From positions 7,562,849 through 7,626,848 of the forward strand of contig CM082583.2 in NCBI GenBank assembly GCA_040954595.2: a stretch of DNA of 64,000 nt. The letters are read 5' to 3'. Of this stretch, positions 50,001-62,500 are shown piece by piece. This stretch comes from Balanoglossus misakiensis (lineage: Eukaryota > Animalia > Hemichordata). A program made the translations under genes and the position numbers. Position 1 is the first letter of the stretch. Each line of letters begins with the position of its first letter. The notes beneath the pieces are model-generated. The model did not search any database, had not been told where the DNA came from, and worked only from the letters and a program-made list of their open reading frames with translations.

Positions 50001-53000
50001 AAGTCACATGGCAGAAGCTGAAGGACATATTTCGTATGGCGGGCAATGTGACGAGAGCGGATATCAAGACCGACAGAGACGGCCGCAGTCGAGGCATGGC
50101 TATTATATCGTTTGAAACCCCAATGGAGGCAGTCCAAGCCTTGTGTATCCTTTGATGTCTTGATCTGTACAGATATTCATATAGTATTTAAGTGTTCTCC
50201 CAAGCGCTCTAAGATTTGATTTGGGAAAAATGATAAAAATTATTATCAAGACGCTGAATTACACAGTTATGCTTATCTGTTCAAGATGTTATTTTTTTTC
50301 CTTAATTTGAATGCAGCAATGTTCAATGGTCAAAATTTGTATGAAAGGCCAATGAGACTCCGAATGGTAAGTTTTTACTCTCCACCCTTCTGTAACTTAC
50401 GTTTGTAAAAGTTAAGATTGTAAATATTTGTTACTATGCCAATTCCTATCAATTTTAATGTCGGAAGTTCAAACGATGCTCGCAAGATTATTGCCTCCTT
50501 TGGCAAAACTGTATGTGTACTTTTTAATTTTAACATATTTTATGATAATCCTGTTGTAGGACAAGCTGAAAGAAGCAGATAGAGAGTTAGAACTGGGTCC
50601 ACCGTTACCAGGTAAGCAAACATGTACATTTTAAAATGCATAAACAAGTGCAGAAATTTGTGTAGGTAATTTGCATCAAACTTATGATTGAGTTCAGAGG
50701 ACTCATAAGCCAAAAACTGGGAATTTCGAAAAATTTGGCTGAATTTGAAACATGCAAATGTATGGGACTGACTCAGAGAAATGGTTAGAAATCATCAAAG
50801 TGACTCAAAGCTTTGAAAAATTATGTTTGTTAATACTGAGAATTTATTTTTCTACAGCTGGTTTGAGCGGAATTGGACCAACTTTGGGGGAGCTTGCCAC
50901 TTCACCTGACAGCAGAAGTGTGGGCAGCCAGGGAATGATGGGATTGGGAGGCGGAAGTGGTGGTGGCAGTAGTTTGGGAATGGGTGGTGGAATGGGAGGT
51001 GAGTGTTCAGCCGGAATATAACTGAAACAATGAACGGAATACAGATTTGATGATTCATGTACTTTCGGGAGTCTTGCGTGTCTAGAAGTATATAATTGAT
51101 CCCGAAGCAACAACCTGAAATCAAGCAATCAAAAGTGTATGCACCCTGGATGTTTTGTGTGTGAATTGCAGTTACAGTTTCTCTTCTTGATGCCAGTTGA
51201 AATAGCTTAACTTGCGTTTTTTTTTTCTCTTTGCAGGTGGGATGGGAGGAATGGGGAGCAGTATGGGAGGCATGGGATCGGGAATGGGCGGAGGAATGGG
51301 ATCTGGGATGGGAGGCGGAATGGGTTCCGGGATGGGAGGAGGCGGTATGGGATCGGGGATGGGAGGCGGTATGGGATCTGGGATGTCGTCTGGAATGGGA
51401 AGCAGTGGACTTGGTGGGCTTGGAGGCAAGTACAACATTATCTGAAAAGTGTTCATTTATTGGCTTGTCTTGTTTTCTCCACTGTCCTCTTTGTGTATGT
51501 CTTCTTGCTCGTCTTGTTCCGAATGTTTTTATTACTCCCGAAGTGTGGAGTGATGCATGAATTAATGTTGAAATGTCTCTTGCCCACCCCAGCTTATATT
51601 AAATGTGATATTGTTGTACTGTAAGTCTTTATGAGTACTATGCAGTTCCTTGAAACAATTTGTCATGCTTGGGTCCAGATTGAAGGGAACGGGAGCCATA
51701 ACCTCTAACCTTTGTGTACTCCATAGTATGGCCAATACTCCTGAAGTAAAATTTGCCTGTTTTATCCATTGCAGGTATGGGCGGTATGAGTGACCTGGGT
51801 GGATCATACGGAGGAGGAGGAGGCAGTGGGGGCATGGGCTTTGGCGAGATGTCCGGGTCGGGGATGGGCGGTCTGGGCAGCTATGGTGGGGGAGGAGGGG
51901 GAGGGGGCGGTGGTAGCTTCGGCTCGAGTATGGGCGGGGGCGGCGGAGGCTATGGCTCGAGTGGTGGGATGTCCGGAGGCATGAGTGGACTCGGCTCCGG
52001 CTATGGCGGCGGCTCCAGCGGATACAGCTCCATGGAAACCGGCAGGGATCGCGGAAGTTCCTTGGGAGGAGGAGGAGGAAGGCAAGGAGGATGCCAGATC
52101 TACGTCAGAAACGTAAGAGTTGCCAGTCATTTTCAGTCTGTCTTTCTCTGAGAGAAGGTTTGATGGTTCAGTTGGGATTTATAGGGTGTAGTTTATGCCT
52201 TCTGTATAAATCTGAAGAATTAGCTGCAGGTCTTGTTGCCATCCTGTTGAATGCATTGCAAATGTCCATTATGTACCAGTATGACATGCTATTCTTTACC
52301 AGTTTCCCCTTGTGGTTTGATGGACCTCTGGTTGATTTTTGTTCCCACAGCTTCCGTACGCTTACACATGGCAGATGCTGAAAGACAAATTCCGAGAGTT
52401 TGGTGAGTGTTGCTTTTATATAATAGGTTTTCATCATCATTTCCAGTTCATGCTGCTGGGATAACAGTGCAGATCACTGCAACCACTTTGCTAAATTTTC
52501 TATTGAAGTTTAGTCTTGTCAACAGCAGGAATGCTTAGCGGCTTGTTCTCTCTTGCTCCCCCCTCCAGGTCGTGTGATGTACGCTGAAATCAAGATGGAT
52601 GGCGGAAAGTCTAAGGGATGTGGTACTGTGAGGTTTGAATCTCCAGACGGTGCAATGAGAGCTATCAGTATCCTTTGATAATAGGAGTCATTCATTTGGT
52701 TGTGGGGCGTGTTCCCTTGGGTGGGGTTTGTTCCGGAATCTGTGTTGTATGTCATCAGTATTTGTGTAGTATGTCATCAATACCTGAATGGGTGACATGT
52801 ATTATTTAGGTGTGTGTGTGAGTGTGTGGTATGTCATTGATATCTTTTAGTGTATCATTTGATATGTCACTGATGTACAAAATATTATTTTACTGTTATC
52901 TGATGTAAGCAGTAGACTTTCTAAAAATTGCATCAACCTTGTTTGGTACAGAACTTATTTCTTCCAGTGTGGAAATATCAAGACTGAACATTTACTCTGG

Positions 53001-53091
53001 GATTATTTCCTTAACCTTCTTTCTCTCAGATATGATGAATGGGGCTAGGGTTGATGGTCGTGAAATAGATGTCCGCCTTGACAAAAACTAG
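47089..53091 (+). CDS. MYEF2: MYEF2/hnRNP M family RNA-binding protein: 3 RRMs, Gly/Met-rich linkers, RS/RD-rich N-terminus
   Basis: RRM1 RVFISNVPYEMKWQEIKDLFREKIGEVTYVELF…KSKGCGVVDF; RRM2 TIFLANLDYKVTWQKLKDIFRMAG…GRSRGMA; RRM3 CQIYVRNLPYAYTWQMLKDKF…GKSKGCGTVRF…GREIDVRLDKN*. Co-orthologue of vertebrate MYEF2 and HNRNPM. Confidence 0.88.
48968..48975 (+). other. 8-nt microexon GGTTGTGG of the MYEF2/hnRNP M homologue
   Basis: TTCTAG|GGTTGTGG|GTAAG; required to join the phase-0 end KSK| to the phase-2 start |T GTT GTC, giving KSK-GCG-VVDF. Confidence 0.85.
50145..50316 (+). other. U12-type GT-AG intron in RRM2
   Basis: T|GTATCCTTTGAT…TTCCTTAAT TTGAATGCAG|CA ATG TTC. Confidence 0.9.
52668..53029 (+). 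other. U12-type GT-AG intron in RRM3
   Basis: A|GTATCCTTTGAT…TTCCTTAAC CTTCTTTCTCTCAG|AT ATG ATG. Confidence 0.9.
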
Positions 53092-53806
53092 AGTACCGTA
53101 TGTAGATATTCCCCCCCAAAAAAGAGGCGCTATTAACTGGGGTTTTACTTTGTTTTGTGGAAGAGACTCGGAGGAAGGGGCAAAGTCTGGTATTTTAACG
53201 GAAGGAAAAAAAAACTGTGAAGAACTTGTTTCCGATCTGACGTTTGGTGGTGGTATTTTTGTACGGTACTGCCGTCTATGTTGGCTGGAACATTCCGAGT
53301 CGTTGGCTGATCCACCATGCAATCGGGTTCGCTAGTGTGTTGCACTCTGGTGTTTATAACTCTACAGATTTTCAAGGAATAGGACACTCGGAACCGATGA
53401 GAATATTTTTTGTCTCTTAGTGTGTTAAGCCAGTTATTGTTAAGAAAGTTTGCTTCATGTTGGTTCAAGCTCTCTATGTTTCGGAGAAATTATGTACAAA
53501 AAAAGCTAATTGTTGCAATTGTGATGGGAAGTCCTCTGTAAAAGTATTCTGGGTTATGTTTTCTTGGCAGGAATGCAAAGGAAAGAGTTGCTGACTTATG
53601 TAAAGGCCAGACTTACTTGATGTGTTTACGCAGTCTTTTTAATTTTTCAAAGTTGTAGGATTCAGACTTCCCTGATATTGGCAAGATGGTTTAGAATGCT
53701 TTTTTTACCTTTGACGTATTTCCTTTGTATCTTTATATATGGTCTAAAGTAAGACTGAATCATTGCCCTGACATTTTTGATGTTGAATGGCCAAAGCAGA
53801 AGTGAA

Positions 53807-53862
53807 TGTAGTTACGTCGATCAAAGATTATGTCTGTAGTTACGTCGATCACAGATTATGTG
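53807..53862. repeat. 28-bp tandem duplication in the MYEF2 3' UTR region
   Basis: TGTAGTTACGTCGATCAAAGATTATGTC / TGTAGTTACGTCGATCACAGATTATGTG. Confidence 0.85.
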
Positions 53863-56588
53863 TAGTACTTTGTATATGCTTCGTTGTTTGTATTCAATTT
53901 GCAAGAGAGGTGTTTTTTATTCCAAACTGCATGTTTGTACAAAAGTTCTGCATTTAGGCATATTGTACTGTAATAGTTACTCAGTGTTTTGGGCCCAGTG
54001 TATTGCTGGAACTTGGCAGTTGAGTGATGTTTTTCTCTCAATCTGAGTTATCAACACGGTGAGTTTATTCCTCGCTTGTCGTGGATTTGTGACATTTTTA
54101 GCTATCCTTGTAGATGAATAAAGATTCCTTGGCATATTTGTCGTAAAGAAGAGCTCAGATATCCTTTTGTTTGACTGGGTTTTGCGTACGTGGATGTCTT
54201 TGTCTCGCATTTCAGCTGATCTGGTGAAATAGTGCTAGGGTGTGTAACCATCCTTACAGAAAATTTGCCTGTTTGGTTGTCGTCTAGTGAAAATGCACCG
54301 CATTTGACCTCGTGTCAAGTTGGTTCAACGTCTTCCAAATTCATCCTTCAGACTTGAAATGCGCTGTATATTCTGTTTGCAGATCTGGTCTTAGTGAAGT
54401 ATTTTTTTTGGCAAAGATAAATAATGATTCAGACGCAAAATGGTTAACAGAAAAACTGCTGTGCCTAGCATCTTGTCACCATTGTTCTCTTGTCGGATGG
54501 AATAGAATTTGTGTGGTTGCGAGCTTGATTTATCTTGTGTGCTTTTATGGGTGTTTGTTGATGGTTGTGTATTCAAGCTGGTTGTCCAACTACTACTTCC
54601 AGTGCTGTGTGTTTACTCTCGTACCTTCCTGCATCTGGCAGTAACACCATGTCTGGGGAATGGTTCCAGAGAATGGCAGCATGTATATGCTTGTAATCTT
54701 TTTTTGATTTCATGCGTTCACTAAGAAGACCTGTGTCATTGGAGCTTGGACGTGTCCAACATCAGATGGATTCGGTCAAGATTGTGGAGTTTTGTGTCCA
54801 TGTGACGTGACAAGACTTGTATGGCATGATCATATCAGAGTGTATTCCCCCATGAACCTCCGAAGTGATGTGATGAACGTGGTTGTGTGACTTCAGAATC
54901 CTTGACGTGGTCAGCTGTTTCCCCCTCACACAGTCGGCAACCTATCAACTGGGATGTTTCTATCAGTCACCTCAGAACTATTGTCTTATTTTTTGATCGT
55001 TAAGGATATAATTTTATTTTAATAGAGATATATGTTAATAAAACTGGATTGTCTGTGCTAGGTAATTGTAACGGGTAGGGTATTGTTATCACTTGTAAAC
55101 TTTTCTAGTGATCCGACCACTGATTGCGGCATCCATGTTTGAAGTGGCATTGGTGTGCTTGTAAGCTAGCTCAGAGAATTTCTCTCAGAAATACGAGCAA
55201 GGTGGGCATGTCACTCGTATTTCAACAAATGTATGTGCTGTAAAGATTAAGAATTTTGTAAAGAAATTGGCGTGTACTGAGTTGCATGGTTTGAAAGCTT
55301 ACCTGGAAAGAACATGTCTTTGTCATAGTGTTGGGGATAGTCACTATTCTGGGGTAATCTAATTGCGTGGTACAGTTGATAAGGAGGAACAACTGGCTAA
55401 TAGTATGTCTTTGAATTCTGAGCAATGCCTCCGAAAAATTCTATTTGCTGGTAAGATTTCCATAATTTTTATGCCTGTGGGTGCCATTTTGGAGTTCATC
55501 TGCATTGATTGTGACAGTTGTACTGTTTGCATGGTTGCTTAGTTGTATGTTGGAAAGTGTTCCATCAACCATCACAGAATAAAGCATCACCGAGCAACTT
55601 TGAATTCAGGTAAGTATGTGCTCTTCTTTTCCAGCCAAGCCTGCTACCATCCCCGGCAGTGTAAGTAATTAGACGTCATTTGACCAGTTTGGACTGGAGG
55701 TGGGAGCTGGAGCTACCAAATTCTGTGTCAAGTTGACATACTGTGTGGACATTTTCTCAAGTTTTTCACCAAGAAGATTTTCAAGTACTAAATGGGGAAA
55801 AATGAGGGTGCATGTTGAGTTGTTTTCAAAGTACTATAGTTGGTAAATAGAATTTTGAGTGGTTGACACCAGTTTTGTAATTTATTAACCCAGTACTGTC
55901 AATATTCGGCATTTACAAAATGGAAAACAAGTGCACACTTGGTTTATTATTGTCTTCCTTTTCCCCTGTTTGTATAGCTTTTAAAAAAAATTAACAATGG
56001 TACATCATTTATGAGCATTGTTAGATTTGTTAAGTCTGCATGGACCAATGTGAAATTTTATAAGTTTTAGGAAAATCTTTAAAGTGACTTAAAATCATTC
56101 AATAAAACAGTTTTGAAGCCTATATCAGTTGTAGCCTTATGGTTATTTCTCTATGGGGGGTTGAAACATTCTTTTTTCCCGCGTGCTTGTGAACATATTT
56201 ACTGACCATTGGACCAGTTGCCAGTGAACTGAAACAAATAGAAAACGGCCCGTGCATCTGTTGAATCAACAGTATGATAAATTATTTATTGGTACTTGAT
56301 GCCTGGTATTCCTAATTCATTGCTTATAGCTAGCTAGAAGTCGTGTGATAGAAGTCTGTCTTTTGGTCAATCTCGGCGGTATTGGCCGAGAAGTACAACG
56401 ATGACTTGTATGTAGGATATGACCACGTCCTTGGAAGTTAGAAGAACATTGTTTTCAGCGTCTCCTGTCTAGTCTCTTGTGGGAGTTGCCAGAGCAACGT
56501 CATCGGTGTGAAAAATCGCGTGGGAACTGCAGTTGTCTTTTACCCGAGTCGTCTAAACCGCGATCTTGGAAAAATCTCGCACGATTTC

Positions 56589-59500
56589 TCATTCCTTATC
56601 ACAGAATCTCCCGGAGAAAGGCTTCTGACATTCGCATATCCAAATTTCCTCGTGCGTTTCTCTGTACCTGGGCGACGTGTGGACACAGCGCCCGCGGCCT
56701 GAGCATTGGTCTGGTTGATATGGCAACCAGTATTCCGTATTGATGCCGGTGGGAAGAAACGGTTTGCCTGTAAGAAGACAAAATACGTGGCACTTCATAT
56801 GCTTGTGGAGTGTTTGCTGTTCAAAACAATGTTGAAACGAATTATTGGAGAGAGATAGTTACCTTTCATAAAAAATACATTGATTTAACCAGACTTTGGG
56901 TCACAGAATAGATTACAAAGATAGATATGTTCGTATGCCAGGTTTTCTTTCTCAAACAATCCGTTTTGGTCAAACACACAGGCCGGTCTCGATAACTTGA
57001 ACCAGTAGGCCTACATAATCTCTACTAGGATTTTATTCTGGTTCTGTATCTGTTGACCCTGCAAAACTACCAGTTTTTGCTTGTTTGTTTACAATACTGA
57101 CCCTCCCCTGTCCAGTGTATGATCCCGGCCTTTCCGATGCGTTTTCGTCTGGATTCGTTCATCTCGACTGCCGGTGCGCCGAGGTACTCCACGTTCCATC
57201 GTCTCTCAAGAACTTGCCACCTGCCCTGGTACAGGATCTGAAGAATGGCCTGGGCGTCCCATAACCATAACTTAGCATCGGCGGGCCTTTCTGCATTCTG
57301 AAACGACAGAATTTAAATCCCTATCGGCTCTATGCTTTCCATATTGTTTTCTGGTAACGCATTTGTATTAAAATATACCCACCAACTTCAGCCAAAATTC
57401 CACATCTTGGACGAGGTTGTGGCGACGGTAGTAATCGAGGTCCATGACAAATACGCCGCAGTTGAAAATGTTCACGGTCTTGTTGAACGGTCTGTTGTAC
57501 CTGTCGTTGTAATAGTTGGATAGAAATTAATGAAATACCAAGCCACGCATTTCGTCCGTATAGTTTATTAAAATATAAACATAAATCTCAACTGAAGCTT
57601 TGGTGCTCCAATTTACTGTGTGTGCATGTTGGTAGAGGCTCATTCGCTCACCTTTGATGATTTAGTTTCTGTCTGTATAAGACGTATGCAGTCACTTGAA
57701 AATGTGCTTGAACTTTTTTCTCATCAAACAAGTGACAAACTGTTGCCGCGATCTGTCCGTGGACCAGTAAAGATTTTTTTTCGGACACGGATAACGCTGC
57801 TTACCTCTGTTCGTAGAGTTCAGCGACGGCGTCAACGTCGAATTCCTCGTGTATGTAAGACCGATGGTTGTCGACGGCGAGAAAGGGTGCCGTCAGATTG
57901 GCCGCCTCAGACCAAAGATCTTCAATAGGGGATTGCACTACTAGATCCATGTCTAGGTAGATAGCTTTGGAAACATGTGGAAATAGCCTACAGCAAAATA
58001 AAGGAGTGGAAACGCATTTTTTCTACAACTACGCATACCTTTAATATCCGCAGCATTACAAATATCTATAATATTGTTACTATTTCCCCTCCTGTGATAG
58101 ACTTATAGTTCTAATTTATAGCATCCAGCTATAACAAAATTTACGAATTGGCTAGCTGCCTGTGTATAACGCTCTAAACTTATAATGCAAATGCAGTCCG
58201 TAACCTTTTGTCCTATCCGAAATGTGTGAGAGAAAACGCCGCATAAAGACAATGCACCAATATCAGCGACAGGACAACTGGACAATAGAGGTTGAAAACG
58301 CGCTAGATTTAAATTAAGTAGAGCACCGATGCCAACATATTTACTTGCTTCTCTCCGCAAGGGTCAAAAAGCTCTACGAAATGACCAATTCATCAACCTA
58401 CCTGTAAAAGTATGCCCGAGCGTAGTTACACGGACTTTTGAGGCGTTGGAGGAAATAGGATTTCTCCCATAAATCTTTCATGTCTGGGCCCAGTATAGTA
58501 CCATCGAATTCGACAATTTCAATCTGAAATTTATAAAAGTAAGCAGGGCGATAGCAAGAAGCAGTGAAGGCGTATTTATATGTGTAATAGAAACCCACGG
58601 GAAATTAAGAGATCAAAAGAGGACATCCAGAAGAACCCGTACTCGACTTACAAGAAGTGAATTTAGAGGGTCCAGAACTTATCGCATACGTGGACTCCAC
58701 AGTTGACTGCCTGATCATAGCCCATACAACAAAGAAAGGAGATAGGAGGCTAGGGGTAGCTGGAGTTTATTCTGGATATTTTTTAATTGCTAATCCACTG
58801 ACACGCCATGGAAATTGTGTACGCACCCGCTATGCGGATTGCCAAAAAGTTCGTCAGCACTGGGTTTTGAATGAGTGCGCGTCTACCAGCTCGTAACTGA
58901 AGCCCTAATGGGGGTTGTCTTACGTAACTTTGACATGTAACATGGAGCCACAACGTGGCATACGGTATTCTCTTTCGGAGGATGTGGTGGCCCTGAAAAG
59001 GGCCGTTTTGTTTGGGTTTTGAAACTAAGAATTACTTCTTAGCCTTCTTGGCAGCTGGCTTCTTTGGTTTTGAAGCCTTCTTGGGAGTTTTCTTAGTGGT
59101 AGCCTTCTTCACGGGCTTCTTCGGTTTCTTGTCTTTCTTCGGCGTCTTTGCTTTGGTCGTTTTCTTTGCTGCTGCCGCCTTCTTTGGAGTCTTCTTGGGT
59201 TTGTCTGCCTTCTTTGGTGTCTTTGCCTTGGGTTTCTTGGCTGGCTTCTTCTTAGGGGTCGCCTTGGGCTTCTTGGCGGGTTTCTTCTTGGGTTTCTCCG
59301 GCAACTTACCGACTCGCAGACGACCGGTAACGCCGGAGGCTGTGGAGCCCTTGGGGCGAACGAGCAGACCAGATTCGAGACCAGATTTCAGAGCCCGGCG
59401 GAGACTTGAGGTGAGATGAGACGCGCTGACGGTAGTGTAGTGAGACAGAATATAGCCCTTGATTGCCTGAACCGAGCTACCTTTGGTATCTTTCAGGGTC

Positions 59501-62500
59501 TTGATAGCTTCGACCACCATGTCGATGGTCTTCGGGTGGGTAGGGGCGGCCTTGGCCTTGGTCTTCTTGACGGGAGCAGATTCAGCCATGGTGAGTTTAT
59601 CGGTGACGACGGGAGTCCTTGATCAACAGACTAAGCAGAGCGATATGCCTGTAAACACTCAGAGAAGCCACCTTTATCTACAGTTCGCGAACGTCGGAGA
59701 AAACAATGCATTGAAATAAGGTGCTCTGTGCTCATTGTCCGCCATTTTGCCAACTCAATTTGTGTTTCTCTCGGACTGTTTCAGGAGCATTTTCGCTAAA
59801 GGCAGAATTATAAACAATGTAACATTGGTAAAATAATTTAGAATATATCCTCCACTACACTTTGGTGAAGTTTAATCATACATTTCGACATTGTAAACAA
59901 CTTTTTCGTTGAATTACAAATACCATACCATGTCAACATTTCCCTCTCTGAAGACAAGTTTGTGTTTTCTGGCCGTGAAATATTGCATTTTTTCCCAAAT
60001 TTAACTAGTTCTATGTATGTTTTCACAATGAAGCTTGTTAGCAAATATATCAATTAGAGAATTATGTCGAAGATGGTTGTTCTTCTTTGCTTCTCTGTCG
60101 AGAATTTGGCCCAAACGCAGACGTAAGCTGAAACTGGCCGGTCTGCGACACCAACGGTAGCCATTGCTAAATTTATGCGGATAGACGTCGACTCCGGGAA
60201 CAGATAAAGTAAAATTTGCAGTAGGCCTAGGTGCAATATTCACCTTTTCCCCAAAAACTATTTTATACTTTAAAATAATGAAATCTCCTTACCATGCCTT
60301 CGGGAATTTCCAGTCCATGACATTGTAGGTACTCCAGCAAACTCTCTTTCGTTTCCCCACACACGATAAAATGAATTCGAATTCTTTGGGGACTTCTTGT
60401 ATTTGATAATATGGAATTAATCACAGTAGGCCCACCTTTAATCAAGATAACAATAATATGCCAAGTATAAGCATTGGGTCATTATGGGACGCCTTGGTCC
60501 ATGAATCTGGGGGTAGGGGTAGTCGGGAAGAGGGATTCTACCGTAGGGGACTGTAAGGTAAGAGCCACCGCAGTGGAATGACATTAGGAGGGGAGATAGA
60601 ATGCACCATCTCCGTGCACACAATTTCCAAAAATGAATGCCAATATCACATGTCTGATTAACGGACTGGCTTTGACAATGATCCGTCCGCCTGTTGCGGT
60701 CGTGTGTCGTAACCTTGACAACACATCGATTACAGCTCTTTTTCACTTGCCAGTTCAAGTGTCAGTGGGCTTGGCGATCACTTGGTTCATTTGGGGGCAT
60801 GCGCGTTAATGGGTAAAATGATTGGATATTTTATTAGGCGAGGCCGTCAGTACATATTTTATATGCTTTATATATCCATGTCAGCCAGCTGTTACGAAGG
60901 ATCGCCATAAATCCAGGCGGGTTGTGACCAGAGTGCCTCGTGTTATGATACTGGGAATTAAAAAGAACTGCACGAACTCGCCCTGTCTAACACTGTACTA
61001 GTCACAGGTATTGTGTCTGCTTTTTCTTGGTTCTGCCACAATACAAACTCATGGTCTGATGACCTGCCAACATTTTATGTAACTCAGGTCAATCGCAGAT
61101 CTGATCATCCGTTGATGTAGACTGTATTTAGAAGAGCCAAGAAAAGGCAGACCTTGTAGGCCACACATCACGGTCTTGCTCACACATTCTCATAGTTTGC
61201 CCTGACTCTTCGCCGGAAGAGCATAACCGCCATGCTGCCTTTACACCATGCAACTAACGAACATACATCATGATTTTGATCCGAGAAATTCCACGCTCCA
61301 TCGACAGAGCCGCACTAGCTGCACCAAAATAATCCCCTGATTAATGGTCTTGTACTCGCCAGCAGAAATATTTAAATTTTGATGGTAATCATAACGTACA
61401 AACACTGACGAGGAGAAATATAAATAACGATTTAGAGAGTATCGTTGTATAGTGTAGGCACACGAACAGTGCGTACGCTTCAAAATGGGTCTAGAGTTAT
61501 GAGAGGATTAGGCCTACTTCCGTTCTCAGTGATCTTGTAATTCAGTGAACAAATTTGAAGACAAGATCAGGCTGAAGGTGGCATGTCGAACCTCACGCAG
61601 AATACACGCTGCAATGTCAATGCAGAGAGCTACAGGTGGTTGTTACTCTGTTTGCCTGCGTTCATGCGAAATAAATCTGTGTCGCACCAACGTCTCTGAT
61701 TTCGATCATCTTGGAGATATAAGAATGAGCAGTTGGCGGACTTTAATATGCAATGTTCAGAGATCTGATCGGGGGAAGGCCAATGTTTTTTTCAGGATAT
61801 CGATGGTGGCAACGTTGTCTGCAAATCACGTATCAATGTCTGACAAATACAGGGAATCGACACGTGTTCGACAAATAAAATTGACATTTTATTGGGGCCA
61901 ACGCCCGAGGTTAATAATAATACCGTCATACGTCACTGGCAGATGGTATGTCATCCATGACACGTAAGTTATATTGCAGTTTCAAACCAGATTGGCTCAC
62001 CGATAACAGTTTCTCTTTAATGGCTAGCAAAATAGAACTAAGGAAGAATCAATAATCAATTAGACTTCAGTTGACGATAAGGAAAATTATGAAAGATGTT
62101 ACCGTTGAAACTTTAGGAAAAGATCGGTCTTGTATTAGGAAAATAAATGTATGTCGGATCCCTCGCAGACTGAACAAAACAAGTGTAACGAATTCAGACT
62201 TAATTTGAGAATCAAAAGTGCCTTTTTTTCTTATATGGTAGCTTTTTGAACTCTTGTGGGTCGTGTTAGACGGCATTACATAAATTTGCAATTGCTTGGT
62301 TACGGAGGTTCACATGGGAATCCATGTTATAAGAGCAACACAGCTATACATTATGTGCATGGTCCTCAGACCACTTAGTTTAATAATGATTGAAGTCTTA
62401 CATATACCAACCTGGAAAGTGCCTTATATCGGCCGCTAATATGATGTGAATATATCCATCAGATACGCGTGGTAGGCCTAAGTCTGTTTTATCTGCGACT

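Noticed and set aside
49442-52130. Pro-rich minus-strand ORFs
   Set aside because: Antisense shadows of the Gly/Met-rich MYEF2 exons.
55600-55620. Strong donor CAG|GTAAGT downstream of MYEF2, suggesting a 3' UTR NMD intron
   Set aside because: It lies just after an AATAAA (55578) and no partner acceptor or exon could be defined without RNA data.
59012-59419. 135-aa Phe/Leu/Gly-rich membrane-like ORF
   Set aside because: Antisense shadow of the Lys-rich H1 tail.
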